From Lama guanicoe (Eukaryota), in contig MU053873.1 of NCBI GenBank assembly GCA_013239625.1, positions 1,812,524-1,876,523 of the forward strand: a stretch of DNA of 64,000 nucleotides, written 5' to 3'. The notes below the pieces were generated by a model that had not been told where the DNA came from, searched no databases, and was given only the letters and a program-made list of their open reading frames with translations. Of the stretch, positions 39,301 to 51,075 are shown piece after piece. Within the stretch, counting starts at the first letter, position 1. Each line of letters opens with the position of its first letter. The translations under genes were made by a program, and so were the position numbers.

Positions 39301-39645
39301 CTGAATTGGAACAACTCAAGCCTGTCCTCCAGGTGGGAGAAACCACAAAAGCTCTCATGCAATATGGTGACCAGGTGCTGCCCGCACCCACGGGCCCGGC
39401 CAGGAGACTGGGTGCACCTAACACCTGGAAAACCGGCACCCACAAGACCAGCTCTCTCCTAAATGAACGGACCCCACTTGGGGATCCCAACCACCCATCT
39501 GCCCTGAAGTCGCAGGGGTCACTCTGTGAGGATGCCGCACTGGAGGGAAAAGGCACGGGAGACCCAACCTCTGCAGAGACAACCTGGGGGAACAGACCCC
39601 TGCGTGCTCGCAAGAACCTCTCTGACCTGAAGCTGCTTCTCTGAA
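36370..39645 (+). pseudogene. ERV pro-pol pseudogene with many frameshifts, stops and internal deletions
   Basis: Protease FSVLNT..HSFLYIPKCPMPLLGRD. RT YRMVQDLR, WTVLPQEFKNSPTIFG and catalytic YVDD degraded to SVDD (~37237). Tether AKGWPPCLQAVAA. RNase H AQRAELTA and HCGGHQK. Integrase HQGTHYG, TDFT and LVDTFSGWVE. Confidence 0.92.
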
Positions 39646-40002
39646 AAACAACAAAGTGTGACCAGAGATATGCAGCCCCGGCAGAGTCTCGGCACCAGGG
39701 CCAAAGACTGAGAGACCTGCATTTTTAGGAAAAGTCTGACATAAAACCATGATGCTCTTGCTCATATTTTAGCCATGCACCCTAAACTGTCTCCGAGAGG
39801 TCAGACAAACGGGGGTCGGTCAGGGGACCAACAGCTAGGGCCGAGGCCTGGTGACCATCAAACAGACCTAAAGGCGGCTGGGAGAAGGTCTGCTCCTCCA
39901 CCCCGGGTGACAGCGACGCCCACACTCAGCAGGAAGCAGTCCCACAAGACGGACCCGCGCCCCTCAAGGATGAGGAGCCGGACAAAAGGCAGAGGAGGGG
40001 TT

Positions 40003-40579
40003 TGTCACCAGCGTAGCCCGCGAACAATTTCTGGGAAATAAAAATAGAACCTGGATAATCAAATAAAGTCCAACCTGTTTTTCCTTCCTGCTTAGTCTAG
40101 TGTCACATGCTCCTAGGGGGCTGCATGCTGAGGCCTCGCACCCGGCCCTTCAGACCAAAGTTGCCGGTGAAAAGTGGCTGAGCGGGCAACTCAGCTGGGC
40201 AGGCGGGCCGGCCGTGTGCGGAGAGGCTGCGCAGGACGCCCCAGCCCAAGATGGCGGCGGCGGGCCGTGCGCACAAGGCGCCCCCCCCCCGCCCCCCCGA
40301 GATCGCGGCTGTGCCCGCCTCGCGAGATTCCCATGAAGCTGCCCGCCCGTCCTCCTGTTGGGGAGGGCGGGGACTCCACGAGTTCGCACCTCTCCGTTCT
40401 TTGATCGAAGAATAAAACTTCCCTTTGCTTCTGAACTGAACTCAGATTCCTCGTTCTTGTTCATTTTTTTTTAACCATTATAATTTATAGAACATTCTGT
40501 ATCGGTCTCATTCTGTTGGCTTGAATGACACGGGGCAGAAGGACTCTTGTTGGGGACTGACTCAGGAGCGTGGGTTACA
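40003..40579 (+). mobile_element. 3' LTR of the ERV (~577 bp)
   Basis: Preceded by the polypurine tract aaaaggcagaggagggg (39984-40000). Begins TGTCACC and ends GGTTACA (imperfect inverted termini). Internal AATAAA at 40411. Confidence 0.8.
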
Positions 40580-43347
40580 GAAGTACAAACTTGACCTTCT
40601 CATTACTATTTTAAACCCTCCCACGGGCTGGCTCCCCAGTGTCCTCAGGATAAATTCAAAATTCCTCCGCCTGGCATTCAAGCCCTCCAGACCTGGCTCT
40701 GTCAACAGCAGCCTCCTCTTCTGTTCTGTCCCTCCCAGGGATTATATTGAGCTCCACACCCACCAGTCTCCACAACTTTGTGTCCTTCCCCATGCTAGTT
40801 CCTCAGCTCAAATGCCTGTCCCCACTGAACTTGCCTTTCCAAGCTCAGTTCCAAGGTCATGCCCAGCGGAGCTTGGTTGAGTTCTGCACGTTGACATTAC
40901 TTGCTCATAGAATCACTGGGAGTGTGTGTTATAAACGCAGGTCCCCAGCTACTGAGTTCGATTCTCTGGGGATCTTTGATTTCAACAAAAGCCCATGAGG
41001 ATTTCATTTTCCCGTGCTGTTTCACATCCTGCTCTGAGTCTCAGGTTGCCTGGTCTGCAAAGTGGGTGTGATCTACCTGAAAATGTAGCTGGGGGAAGAA
41101 AGTGTGACAGTATTTACATAAAGCCCTAGCATGGCAAGGGTCGCTTAGCAGATACTCTGTGACGGTTATGATGGTCATCATTATTCCCCTCTTTCGTAGG
41201 ATAAGCAGCTGCCCCCATCTGCCCTGGCCTGGGGGTAGATTCCTTGAATGTGAGGCTTTTGGTTCTAAAACTGGGAAGGTTTTCGGGTGAATCGGGACAA
41301 TTTGGGTGCCCTACATCTCTTGCTTTCTTCTCCCTGGATCAAAGATCTTGCTTGCCTAACTTGACCCCACTGACTGGTAGGAATTACTAAATCTGGGGCC
41401 CCAGTTGAAGGTCTGGAAACTCAGTGAACAAAAAGCACATTTTTTGAAAATATTAAGAATTGGTGTTTTACTTCCAGGAGTGATGTGGTCTGCATGTTGC
41501 CCTTTATCCCCCTAAAGGGGTCCTATTGTGACCTCCCCAACCCCACCCCACACTCCCTTGGCCTGTCAGCCTTACTCACACGCATGATGCGGCTACAAAA
41601 GCCACGCTGGCCAAACTCTGGCTTGAGTTTTCTGAGTTCTTGATGCTCCAAACTATACATCTAAATATTCTCTCCACTAGCTTCTTGGGGATTTTTTTCC
41701 TTCTACATTGATTTCCTGGACTTATTTTGAGCCAAACGTCTCCTCACCCAAACTCCTCTGCCTCCTTTTAAAACCCAAGGCCACGTCCAACCTTGCAGTC
41801 CCAAACCGCGCTTACATAACCCCCAGTGACAGTAAGTGTTTGTGAGGCCAGCAGAGCAGGGCCGGGGCCGCCCGCTCTGGAGCACAGGGGACATTTTGTC
41901 CTGCAAAATGACGCTGTGTGGGGTGTGTGCGTGCGTGTGTGTGTTTTTCCCCTCTGAAATTCAAAAACAGCTCCTTTTGCTCAAGCTGTCAAAAGGAGGA
42001 GAAGAAGAAGAAGGGGGAGAAAAAAGACTGCAATAATTTCAGTGTTGGGCTCAGATCAAGAATTGCAAACGCTAAGAGAATATTTTCCAAAGTTAGGAGT
42101 CGTGTAGGAGTCTCCAAGTTGCAGGAAATCAGAACCTGACCTTGTGTGATTTCCAGGGGCCTTGTCTCCTGGCTGGTTCCTCAGTGGTGATGGGTTTTTT
42201 TCTCTGATCATTATACTCAAAATGATCTGGTCCTTACTGTGTGCCTGGTACCTTTGTTCCTTCTCTTATTTCTTCCTCACAAACGGGTCCTCTTTTTTAT
42301 TCCCGTCTTGCTTAGGAGAAAAATCAAGTTCAGAGATGTTAAAGGAACTTGTCCAAGGTCAGTATATTGATTACTGGAGAGCAGTGATTTGAATCTGGTG
42401 CTACCTAACTCCGAAGTCCAGACTTTCACGACCACCTGATCTTGGATGTAAGCACCTACTGTGTGCAAACAGATGCGTTCCCATCTTTCATGTGGCTTTC
42501 TTGCTGAATGTCCAGCCAAGACAGCTTTCAGTCTTCTAACCAGTCCTCGCAAGGTGGCCTGTGGTGTTTCCTCAGGGAGCATTATGTTCAGGAGGGTGGC
42601 ACCTGTGGTCACCCTGTGCTGTTTGGACACTTGGGCCTGTGACAAATACTCCTAAAACCTACTTCTTTGATGGAGAAATCTGAGGCCTGGAACCAATGCC
42701 AAAGGGTTGCTTAACTCGGAATCTGCCTCCACGAAACAGATCAAAGAAAGAAAGGAACTGCCGTTGGGTTGAACACCTACTGGGCGCATTATGGACTTTG
42801 TCTGGTTTAATTCTTGCAAGAACCTCTGAAGCCAGGTGCTGCTGTATAAACACACTTTAGAGCGGTGACTTTGGGCTCAGAGAATAAAAGGGATTGCCCA
42901 AGTTCACATGGCCAGCAAGCAGTGGAGGTGGGATGGAACCCAAGTTCACCCATTCAACTGACATGTCCTGAATGTTCACTGTGTGCCAGGTGGGGGCCCT
43001 GGTGATAGGGAGGTGAATGAGACACACTCACTGTCCTTAAAGAATCTAGTTGAGGTGATGGGTCAGCAACTTTCCAAGATGACAGTACTAAGATGGATGT
43101 GGCACAGGGGGCCAGGAGAGCCCAAAGGAGGAGTCAGGACAATCAGGGAAGGCTTCTTGGAGGTGGTGACTACACTGAGACTGTCTGCACTGAGACTGGC
43201 CATGAATCTCAGAGATTCATGACGGCAGAGACTATATTTGGCCTTGTCCTTGCTGTGTCTCCAGCAGGGTGCCTGGGACATTGTAGGCACCCAAAATTTA
43301 TGCATTAAATCACTGAATAAGTAGGAGTTAAGGTAAAAGGAAGTGGT

Positions 43348-43851
43348 TGTGGCAGACGGAGTAACAGCCTCCTAAGATGTCCACATCCTAATCTGTAAAA
43401 CCTATGACTATGTTTCCTTGCTTGGCAAAAGGGTCTCTGCAGATGTGATTAAGATTTGGGATCTCTAGATGGGAGGATGATCCTGGATTATCTGGGTTGA
43501 GGGCAATGCAATCATATGAGCCCTTCGGAGCAGAGAACCTTTCCTGACTCTGTCCAGAGGGAGATGAGACTACAGAAGAACGCTCAGAGAGATGTGATGC
43601 AGCTGTTTTTGAAGATGGAAGAAGGCCCCGAGACAAGGAATTCAGCAGCCTCTAGAAGCTCAAAGAGGCAGGAAAACAGAATCTCTCCTAGAGTTTTCAG
43701 AAAGAAACACCTTAATTTTAACCCAGGGAGCCCCTAACCTCTAGAACTGGAAAGACTTCTAACCTCCAAAACTGTGAAATAATAAATTTGTATTGGTTTA
43801 AGCCATTAAGTTTGCAGTGATTTGTTACAGCAGCAATAGGAAACTAATACT
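43348..43851 (+). mobile_element. MaLR solo LTR (MLT1D-like), nested in L2 fragments
   Basis: tgtggcagac...aagatgtccacatcctaatc...gcagatgtgattaag...gcagcaataggaaactaatac. Confidence 0.85.
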
Positions 43852-44544
43852 GAGGAATAGAGTTCCAGGCAGAGGGAACAGCATATGCAAAGGCCTGAGG
43901 TGGGGCTGTGGGTGGGGGTTGGAAAAACATGCAAAGCCAGCAGGGGGCCCTGAGGCTGGGGTCCCTGCTGCTGCTCCTTGACCTTACTTACCAGGACAGA
44001 TTGCCAGTGAGATATGCGGGCACTTCCCCTCACAGGCACGCATCTGAAGCTCCCCTTGGTCTGCCGTGTGTACACCCATGGGGTGCACTCTGAAAAGCCA
44101 GCCAGGGTAGATGCATTGGCAAGTTGTGCTTGGAGAACGCCCCTTACCCCTGCATTCTTTGCAGGGATTTTGTGAGAACAGTGTGAAGTAGGGCCCTTTG
44201 GAAAAAGGAGGGAAACTTGACCAATGTTGGAGTGGAGCCCAAGGGTTCTACTTCTGTTTGCTTTCATTGTCATAATATGATTTCTTTAAACAACATGGTC
44301 TGCTGCATGAGCTTACCCTGAGCCCTGGGAAGTCTGCAGGGCCAAAGGCAATAGACATGATGCATAGAGGAGAACAAAGGTGCTCAGAGAGGTACACTAA
44401 CCTGCCCAAGGGCACCCAGCAGGCTGGGCAGAGCTCATCTGGGATTTATGTCTTCTGATGCTCTTTTTCTGTCCCTCTTGTCACCTCTTGCCTGAAAGGA
44501 GTGACATACAGTTGTGTGTATGTGCGTGTGTGTGCGTGTGTGTG

Positions 44545-45110
44545 CAGTAAAATACACATAACATAAAACGATCATTTTAACCATTTTAAAGTGAATGATT
44601 CATTGACTTTAAGTACATTTACAATGATGTTGTGCAACCATCACCTCTAACAAGTTCCAGAACATTTTCACATCAAAAGGAAATCCTATACCCACTAATA
44701 GTCACTCCCTATTCCCCCGACTCCCAGCTCCTGACAACCACTCATCTACTTTCTGTTTCTATAGATTTGCCTGTTCTGGACACTTCGTATAAATGGAATT
44801 ATACAATATGTGTTCTTTTGTGACTGCCTTTCTTCACTTAGCATAATGATTTCAAGCTTCATTCACATTGTAGCCTGTGTTAGTACTCCACTCTTTTTAA
44901 GGGCTGAATAATATTCCATTGGATAGAGAGACCACATTTTGCCTATTGATGGACATTGGGTTGTTTCCACTTTTTGGCTATTGTGAATAATGCTGCTACA
45001 AACATGTACAAATTTTTATTGGAACACCTGTTTACAATTGTTTTGGGTGTGTTCCTAGGGGTGGAATTGCTGGGTCAATGGGTGACTCTATGTTAAACTT
45101 ATCAAGAAAG
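44545..45110 (-). mobile_element. L1MB-like 3' fragment
   Basis: Typical antisense L1MB 3' motifs (gtaaaatacacataacataaa; tttcacttagcataatg; ggaattgctgggtca). Confidence 0.8.
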
Positions 45111-45585
45111 CTCCAGGTTTAAGTTGTTCCTGCACAGGATCTAGTGCACCGCTGACGGTCAATAAATGTTTGCAGACGTCTATTATTAATTCCAGGCTGC
45201 CAGGCACTGTGGTTGGGGCTGGGGCTGCAGCAGCTACCTAGGCAGACGTGCCCTTCACCCTCATGGACCATCTGGGAAGCACGTGAATATGACATGTCCC
45301 CTGAGGAAGCCCTGAGATATGTAACATTGGGGCTAACTAGGAGATGACATTCAGGTGAGCTGTGATAGGTGAGGGAGAGCCACCAGCTGGGGGAGAGGGG
45401 TGGCAGGAGAATTCTAGGCAGAGGGGACAGTGTGGCAATGACATGTAAGCTGGAGAGAACTTTCCTGGTTTTTTTTTTTTTGCAACAGGCAAAATGGGTT
45501 TACTTTACTGGGAGTGACAGGTGTCACCCTTGCCCAGCAACACAGCTGTGAATGAGATTTCTTTTTTTTAATTTTAATTTTTTAA

Positions 45586-46161
45586 ACATTTTTTATTGAT
45601 TTATAATCATTTTACAGTGTTGTGTCAAATTCCAGTGTTCAGCACAATTTTTCAGTCATGCATGGACATATACACACTCATTGTCACATTTTTTTTCTCT
45701 GTGATTTATCATAACATTTTGTGTATATTTCCCTGTGCTATTCAGTGTAATCTTGTTTATCTATTCTACAATTTTGAAATCCCAGTCTATCCCTTCCCAC
45801 CCTCTACCTGCCCTGGTAACCACAAGTCTGTATTCTCTGTCCATGAGTCTATTTCTGTCCTGTATTTATGCTTTGTTTTTGTTTGTTTGTTTGTTTTTGT
45901 TTTTTAAATTCCACATATGAGCGATCTCATATGGTATTTTTCTTTCTCTTTCTGGCTTACTTCACTTAGAATGACATTCTCTAGGAGCATCCATGTTGCT
46001 GCAAATGGCATTATGTTGTCAGTTTTTATGGCTGAGTAGTATTCCATTGTATAAATATACCACATCTTCTTTATCCAGTCACATGTTGATGGACATTTAG
46101 GCTGTTTCCATGTTTTGGCTATTGTAAATAGTGCTGCTATGAACATTGGGGTGCAGGTGTC
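45586..46161 (-). mobile_element. Young L1 3' fragment (ORF2 C-terminus + 3' UTR) inserted into the tail of an older L1
   Basis: Minus-strand ORF MFIAALFTIAKTWKQPKCPST..WIKKMWYIYTMEYYSAIK is the L1 ORF2 C-terminus. 17-bp TSD taattttaattttttaa at 45569-45585 and 46162-46178. Confidence 0.93.
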
Positions 46162-46724
46162 TAATTTTAATTTTTTAATTGAAGTATAGTCGGTTTACAA
46201 TGTTCTATTAATTTCTGATGTACAGCATAGTGATTTAGTTGTACACATATATATTCCTTTCCATATTCTTTTTCTTTATAGGCTATTACAGGGTATGGAA
46301 TATAGTTCCCCGCACTATAGGACTTTGCTGTTTATCTGTTTTATATATAGTAGTTAGTATCTGCAAATCCTGAACTCCCAATTTATCCCCCCACCACCCC
46401 TCTTTCCTACTTGGTAACCATAAGTTTGCTTTCTATGTCTGTAAATCTGTTTCTGTTTAATGTAAACAAGTTCATTTGTCTCATTTTTTAAGATTTCACA
46501 TATGAGTGATATCATATGGTATTTTTCTTTCTCTTTCTGGCCTACTTCACTTAGTATGACAATCTCTAGGTCCATCCATGTTGCTGCAAATGACATTATT
46601 TCATTCTTTTTTATGGCTGAGTAGTATTCCATTGTGTATATATCACATCTTCTTTATCCAGTCATCTGTCGATGGACATTTAGGTTGCTTCCATGTTTTG
46701 GCTACTGTGAGTGGTGCTGCTATG
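46162..46724 (-). mobile_element. Older cetartiodactyl-type L1 3' fragment
   Basis: Minus-strand MEYYSAIKKNEIMSFAATWMDLEIVILSEV matches the L1 ORF2 end, followed by L1 3' UTR. Confidence 0.9.
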
Positions 46725-48619
46725 AGAGCTTTCAATGTCACCCAAATTCACCCCCTTTTATAAAAAGGGAGAGACTGAGGCCCTGAGAAGGGAAGGGACT
46801 GGCCAAAGCTTATCATGGCTACAATCTAAATTATGACAGTGTCCGCACCAGCTGGTAGGCTGAGGGAGAGGATCCTGGCCAGTTTTAAGAGAACAGGAGA
46901 GGCCTCAATGTGTTGTCCCCTGAGTGCTCCTGTCAAGCGTGTGTGTGTGCAGGTATGTGCACACATGTGTGTGCATGTGCATGCGTGTGTGAAGTGCTAG
47001 GTGCACACAGTTCCCCTGTAGGCCTCTCCCCTGACTCTTGATACCTGCAAATGGCCTTCTATTAAATGCCCATCACTTCTCCCCACTCTCAGCTCCTTCT
47101 GGGCCCCAACTTACAGGCACAGAGTAAGTTCTCAAAATGTTGATGTGGAGGGTCCTTGTGAAAAATCTAGGTAGAGCTGATGTTTCTGATCCAAGTCCAA
47201 GCTCCTTACCCACGTGCTCTCCTGACACTGAAGGGTATGGAAACCTCTGGATGCTTTAGGCCACCACACCACAGAGTCCTGAAGAACTGTCACTGCCATT
47301 TATTAAAAACTCAAGTATAGGCATGGTCTGGAACCCGTGGAGTTGCTTCGGAGGAGGTGAGGCCAGTTGGCAGGAGAGGTTTGGGAGCGGTGCCCCTGTG
47401 TGAACTCAGGGGTGGTCCATGTCTACGACTATCAGCAGCAGGAAGAGGGAACACAGGAAGCAGTTTAGAAGATCCAGCAGACCCACTTCAAGCCTGACTC
47501 TCACTTGGGCCAAGGCTTCCCTAACCCTCAGTTTTCCCATCCATAGAATGGTCCTATCACTCTCAGTAGTGCTGAGGATTGGAAGTGGCGTGCACGGGCG
47601 GGCTAGCACCTGCCCAGGTCTCCATCAATCACAGCTGGCATTGTCGTTATGATGGCTGTTAGGTTTATTTCACTGTTGAGACTTTCCAGCCCGGGTCCCA
47701 GGGCCAAGTCTGCCCTGAGCTAATCTTGTTTTTGATAAGAAAGCACAGGGCAGATTCCATTTAAACAACCACCCCCAAATTTGAAACATGTTCCTTAAAC
47801 AATTTCTGAACCGTTTTGCAGCGTGAGCTCCCCTGCACTGCTAATATCTTCAGGGATTTAAAAAATATATTTGCAACAAAGAGGCCTTTGTCTGCTGGGC
47901 TGGGCAGCCTGGCGGGGATCTTACTCGAAACCTGATCAGCAGATGCTGGCCACAAACCTACTGCATTGTGCCCCAGGCCGCCACAGCGGTGATGGCGGCT
48001 GGATTAAATTGGGCCTTTTGTCAGGGCAACAAGGGCAACCAGCCACGTGACACAATGGGCCTTAACCCTGCAGGGGCTGACAACCCCCTTCCCCAGTGCC
48101 TCCCAGCCTTGGAGATCCATCCGCAGCCTGGGGAAGGGCCATTGGCTTCATCTCTGCTTTCCAGATGAGGGGCAGGTGATGGACTTGGCCAAGGTCACCC
48201 AACATTTGAATGGCATAGCTGGAATTTGAATTTGGTTCTGAACACAAAGCCCTGTGCTCCTCTGTGGGACCAGGCATTTGGGTTTCAGGTCCAATCATGT
48301 AGCAATTGTATGTTGAGTACCTACTACATGTAGCCCCCGTTCTAGGCACTAAGGATCCAGTACTGAATAAGACTAAGACATTGGTTCATTCATTCATTCA
48401 TTCAACTAATATTTATTGAGCTCCTACTATGTGCCAGGGGCTGGAGAACCAAAAGAGAAACTGTCCAGCAGGTAGTCCACTTCAGAGTTCACACACCTTA
48501 TCCCATGCTGCATTGCAAAGAGCTTAAGGGAGTAGACGTGTTTCTAGCTTATTCCCTATTGCTTTTCCAGAGCCTAGCCCCATGCCTGGCACATAGTAGG
48601 CTGCTTGAAACAGAAGCAA

Positions 48620-49106
48620 TTTTATGGACATGCGTGCTCACAGCAGCACCTTTCACAATAACCAAAAAGTGGAAATAACTCAAGCCCATCAAGGGAGGAA
48701 TGGATATACAAAAGTGATCTGTCTATGCACTGGAATATTATTCAACAATGAAAAGGAATGGAGTACTGACCCAGGCTACAATGTGGATGAACCTCGGAAA
48801 CATTTATAAGGGAAAAGAAGCCTGGCACAAAAGTCATATGTTGAATTATTCCATCTATAAGAAATGTCCAGAATAGGCAAATTCAGAGAGACAGAATGCA
48901 GATTGGTGGTGGCCAGAGGCTGAGGGGAGAAGGAATATGGAGTATTTTGGGTACAGGATTTCCTTTTGAGGTGATGGAAACATTTGGAACCAGATGGGAG
49001 GAGTGGTTGCACAACATTGTGAATCTACTCATTGCTCCTGAATTGTTTTCTTTAAACTGGTTAATTTCATGTTATGGGAGTTTCACCTCCATTAAAAACA
49101 AAAAAA
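48620..49106 (+). mobile_element. L1MB-like 3' fragment
   Basis: Sense L1 3' motifs (ttcacaataaccaaaaagtggaaa; aaatgtccagaataggcaaattc) ending in an A-rich tail. Confidence 0.8.
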
Positions 49107-50629
49107 GTGACTCTCATAGTGACTCTGGAAGGAGGGGATTTCGACAGCTCCATCTTACCGATGAGGAAGCAGAGGCTCCCGGAGGATGCTAGGCTTGCTG
49201 AGGGTCCAGGGGCTGACCTGTGGTTTTGTGGCCGCCCAGGCCTGTCTTCCACAGGCCCCCAGCCATGGAAGAGGGGTTTGCCTTGTGCCCCCCACCCCAG
49301 GGCTCGTGTCAAACCCTCTACATGGTTCCCACAATGGTCCAAGGTCAGAGTGAGTTTGGGGCTCTGTTGGAAGCTTGTCTTAGCAATAGGGACCCCAGAG
49401 AGGTCTGAGGGGAGCCTGTCAAACCAAATTGAATGGATTTCCACGAGGCAGGGTGAACCATGCTCATCGGCCGCCCTCACGCATGCCTCACACTGCCAGG
49501 AGACACCCAAACATCAGTGCCTGGGGAATTCACGCTTGTCTGGAGGTCTGGGGTGCAGTGGAGACACCGAGGTGCAGCTGGGAGATGTTGTGTGGGAGAG
49601 CGCAGCCCCTTCTCACTGTCCAACCCCCGGCTTCTCCACGGGAGTGTCTTGGTGGCCTCCGGGTCAAGATTTGATTCCATAGGACTTCAAGTACTTCTTG
49701 GGTTGTTTGTCTTTGGTTGGAGGAATTGTGCTGACATTTCTCCTTCTGGGGGTTGTGGGAAGGGGGTTCTGATGTTCTGGGTCTAAAGAGCCTCACAACC
49801 AAGGGTGAGGTGATCTCATTCCAGCCCAGGTGGGGCGTGGTTTCTGAGTTGCTGGTGATCCCTGAAAGTCCTCTGACTCTAAACTGCGTCTTCCTCACTG
49901 TGACACGTCTTGGCCGGAGCAGGAGAAGGATCCAGAAAGATGAGTGGGATCTCAGCCGGTTCTTTCAGCCCATGCCATGTGCTGTAGACTTATTATTGTC
50001 ATCGCCCAAACCCAGGTCCTGTCTTAGCCAGGTCAAACTAATGCACACAGATTTTTTAAATTTTTAATATTTGTCTCACTTTCTGTGACTATAAATCTCT
50101 AAGAGTTAGAGTATTTTTTTTTCTGTCTTGAGTTATCATTGTAGTCATTTTAGTAATTGTTGGCATATAATTGATCACAGTAACAGAAATGGAGTATACA
50201 TATTGTAGTAAATATTAAAGACATTTCCCATAACAGTATAAGATTGCAAGTATAAAATAAGTCTTTTATGAAATAATTATTAACTATATATTTTGGAAAA
50301 TGTATCCTGCAATGAGGTGACTAACAATCAAACTTTCTTCTACTATGAGTGAAAGATAAATGTGTAGACTGTATGACCCTAACCAGTCTGCAGTTTAAAA
50401 AAAAATTGTTAATTGGGGGTAGAATCTATTAAACGTATGAGATGAAACACAGATTGACTATAATTAGAATGAAATTCTTTGTGATATTACTTGACAAAAG
50501 CTGTTTTAACACCTAATTGAATAACACATGCTGAATCTGGACAAAATTGCATGAAATTTTTATCCGTGCGTTTTATTCCATGTATCTTGGGAAAAAAGGC
50601 TGGTGTCATTCTAGTTGACTTAAAAGAAC

Positions 50630-51075
50630 TGGAGTGGGCTGATTTGAAGAGTGTACCCGCCAAATTCATGTCCACCTGGAGCCTGTGAATGTTACCTTAT
50701 TTGGAAATAGGGTCTTTGCAGAAATTATTGAGTTAAAATGTGGTCACACTGGGTTAGGCTAGGCTCTACAGCCAATATGACTGATGTCCTTATAAGGAGA
50801 GGGAAATTTGAATATAGAGACACACAAGGAGAACGCCACGTGAAGACGGAGGCAGAAACTGAAGTGATGTGTCTACAAGCCCAGGAAGCCAAGGAATGCT
50901 GGGAGCCACCAGAAACTGGAAGAGGCCAGAAAGGATTCTCCCCTAGAGCCCCTGGAGAGAGCATGGCCCTGCCAAGACCTCGGTGTTGGACTTCTGTCCT
51001 CCAGGACTGTGAGAGAGTAACTTCCTGTTGTTGGAAGCCCATGGTACTCTGTTTGACGGCCTCAGGACACTAACA
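50630..51075 (+). mobile_element. MaLR solo LTR (MLT1B/C-like)
   Basis: aaattcatgtccacc...gaatgttaccttatttggaaatagggtctttgcaga...acaagcccaggaagccaaggaatgc...cactaacac. Confidence 0.85.

Larger units (their letters stand above)
36370..40579 (+). mobile_element. Decayed class I (gammaretrovirus-like, ERV1) endogenous retrovirus. Lacks 5' LTR, PBS and gag; env essentially deleted; 3' LTR present.
   Basis: Colinear protease, RT, tether, RNase H and integrase motifs, then a polypurine tract and a TG...CA LTR. Confidence 0.92.

Noticed and set aside
49074..49682. 202-aa ORF, the longest in the track
   Set aside because: Starts inside an L1 tail, overlaps a MIR fragment, and shows no recognisable domain or splice context. 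A chance ORF in GC-rich DNA.
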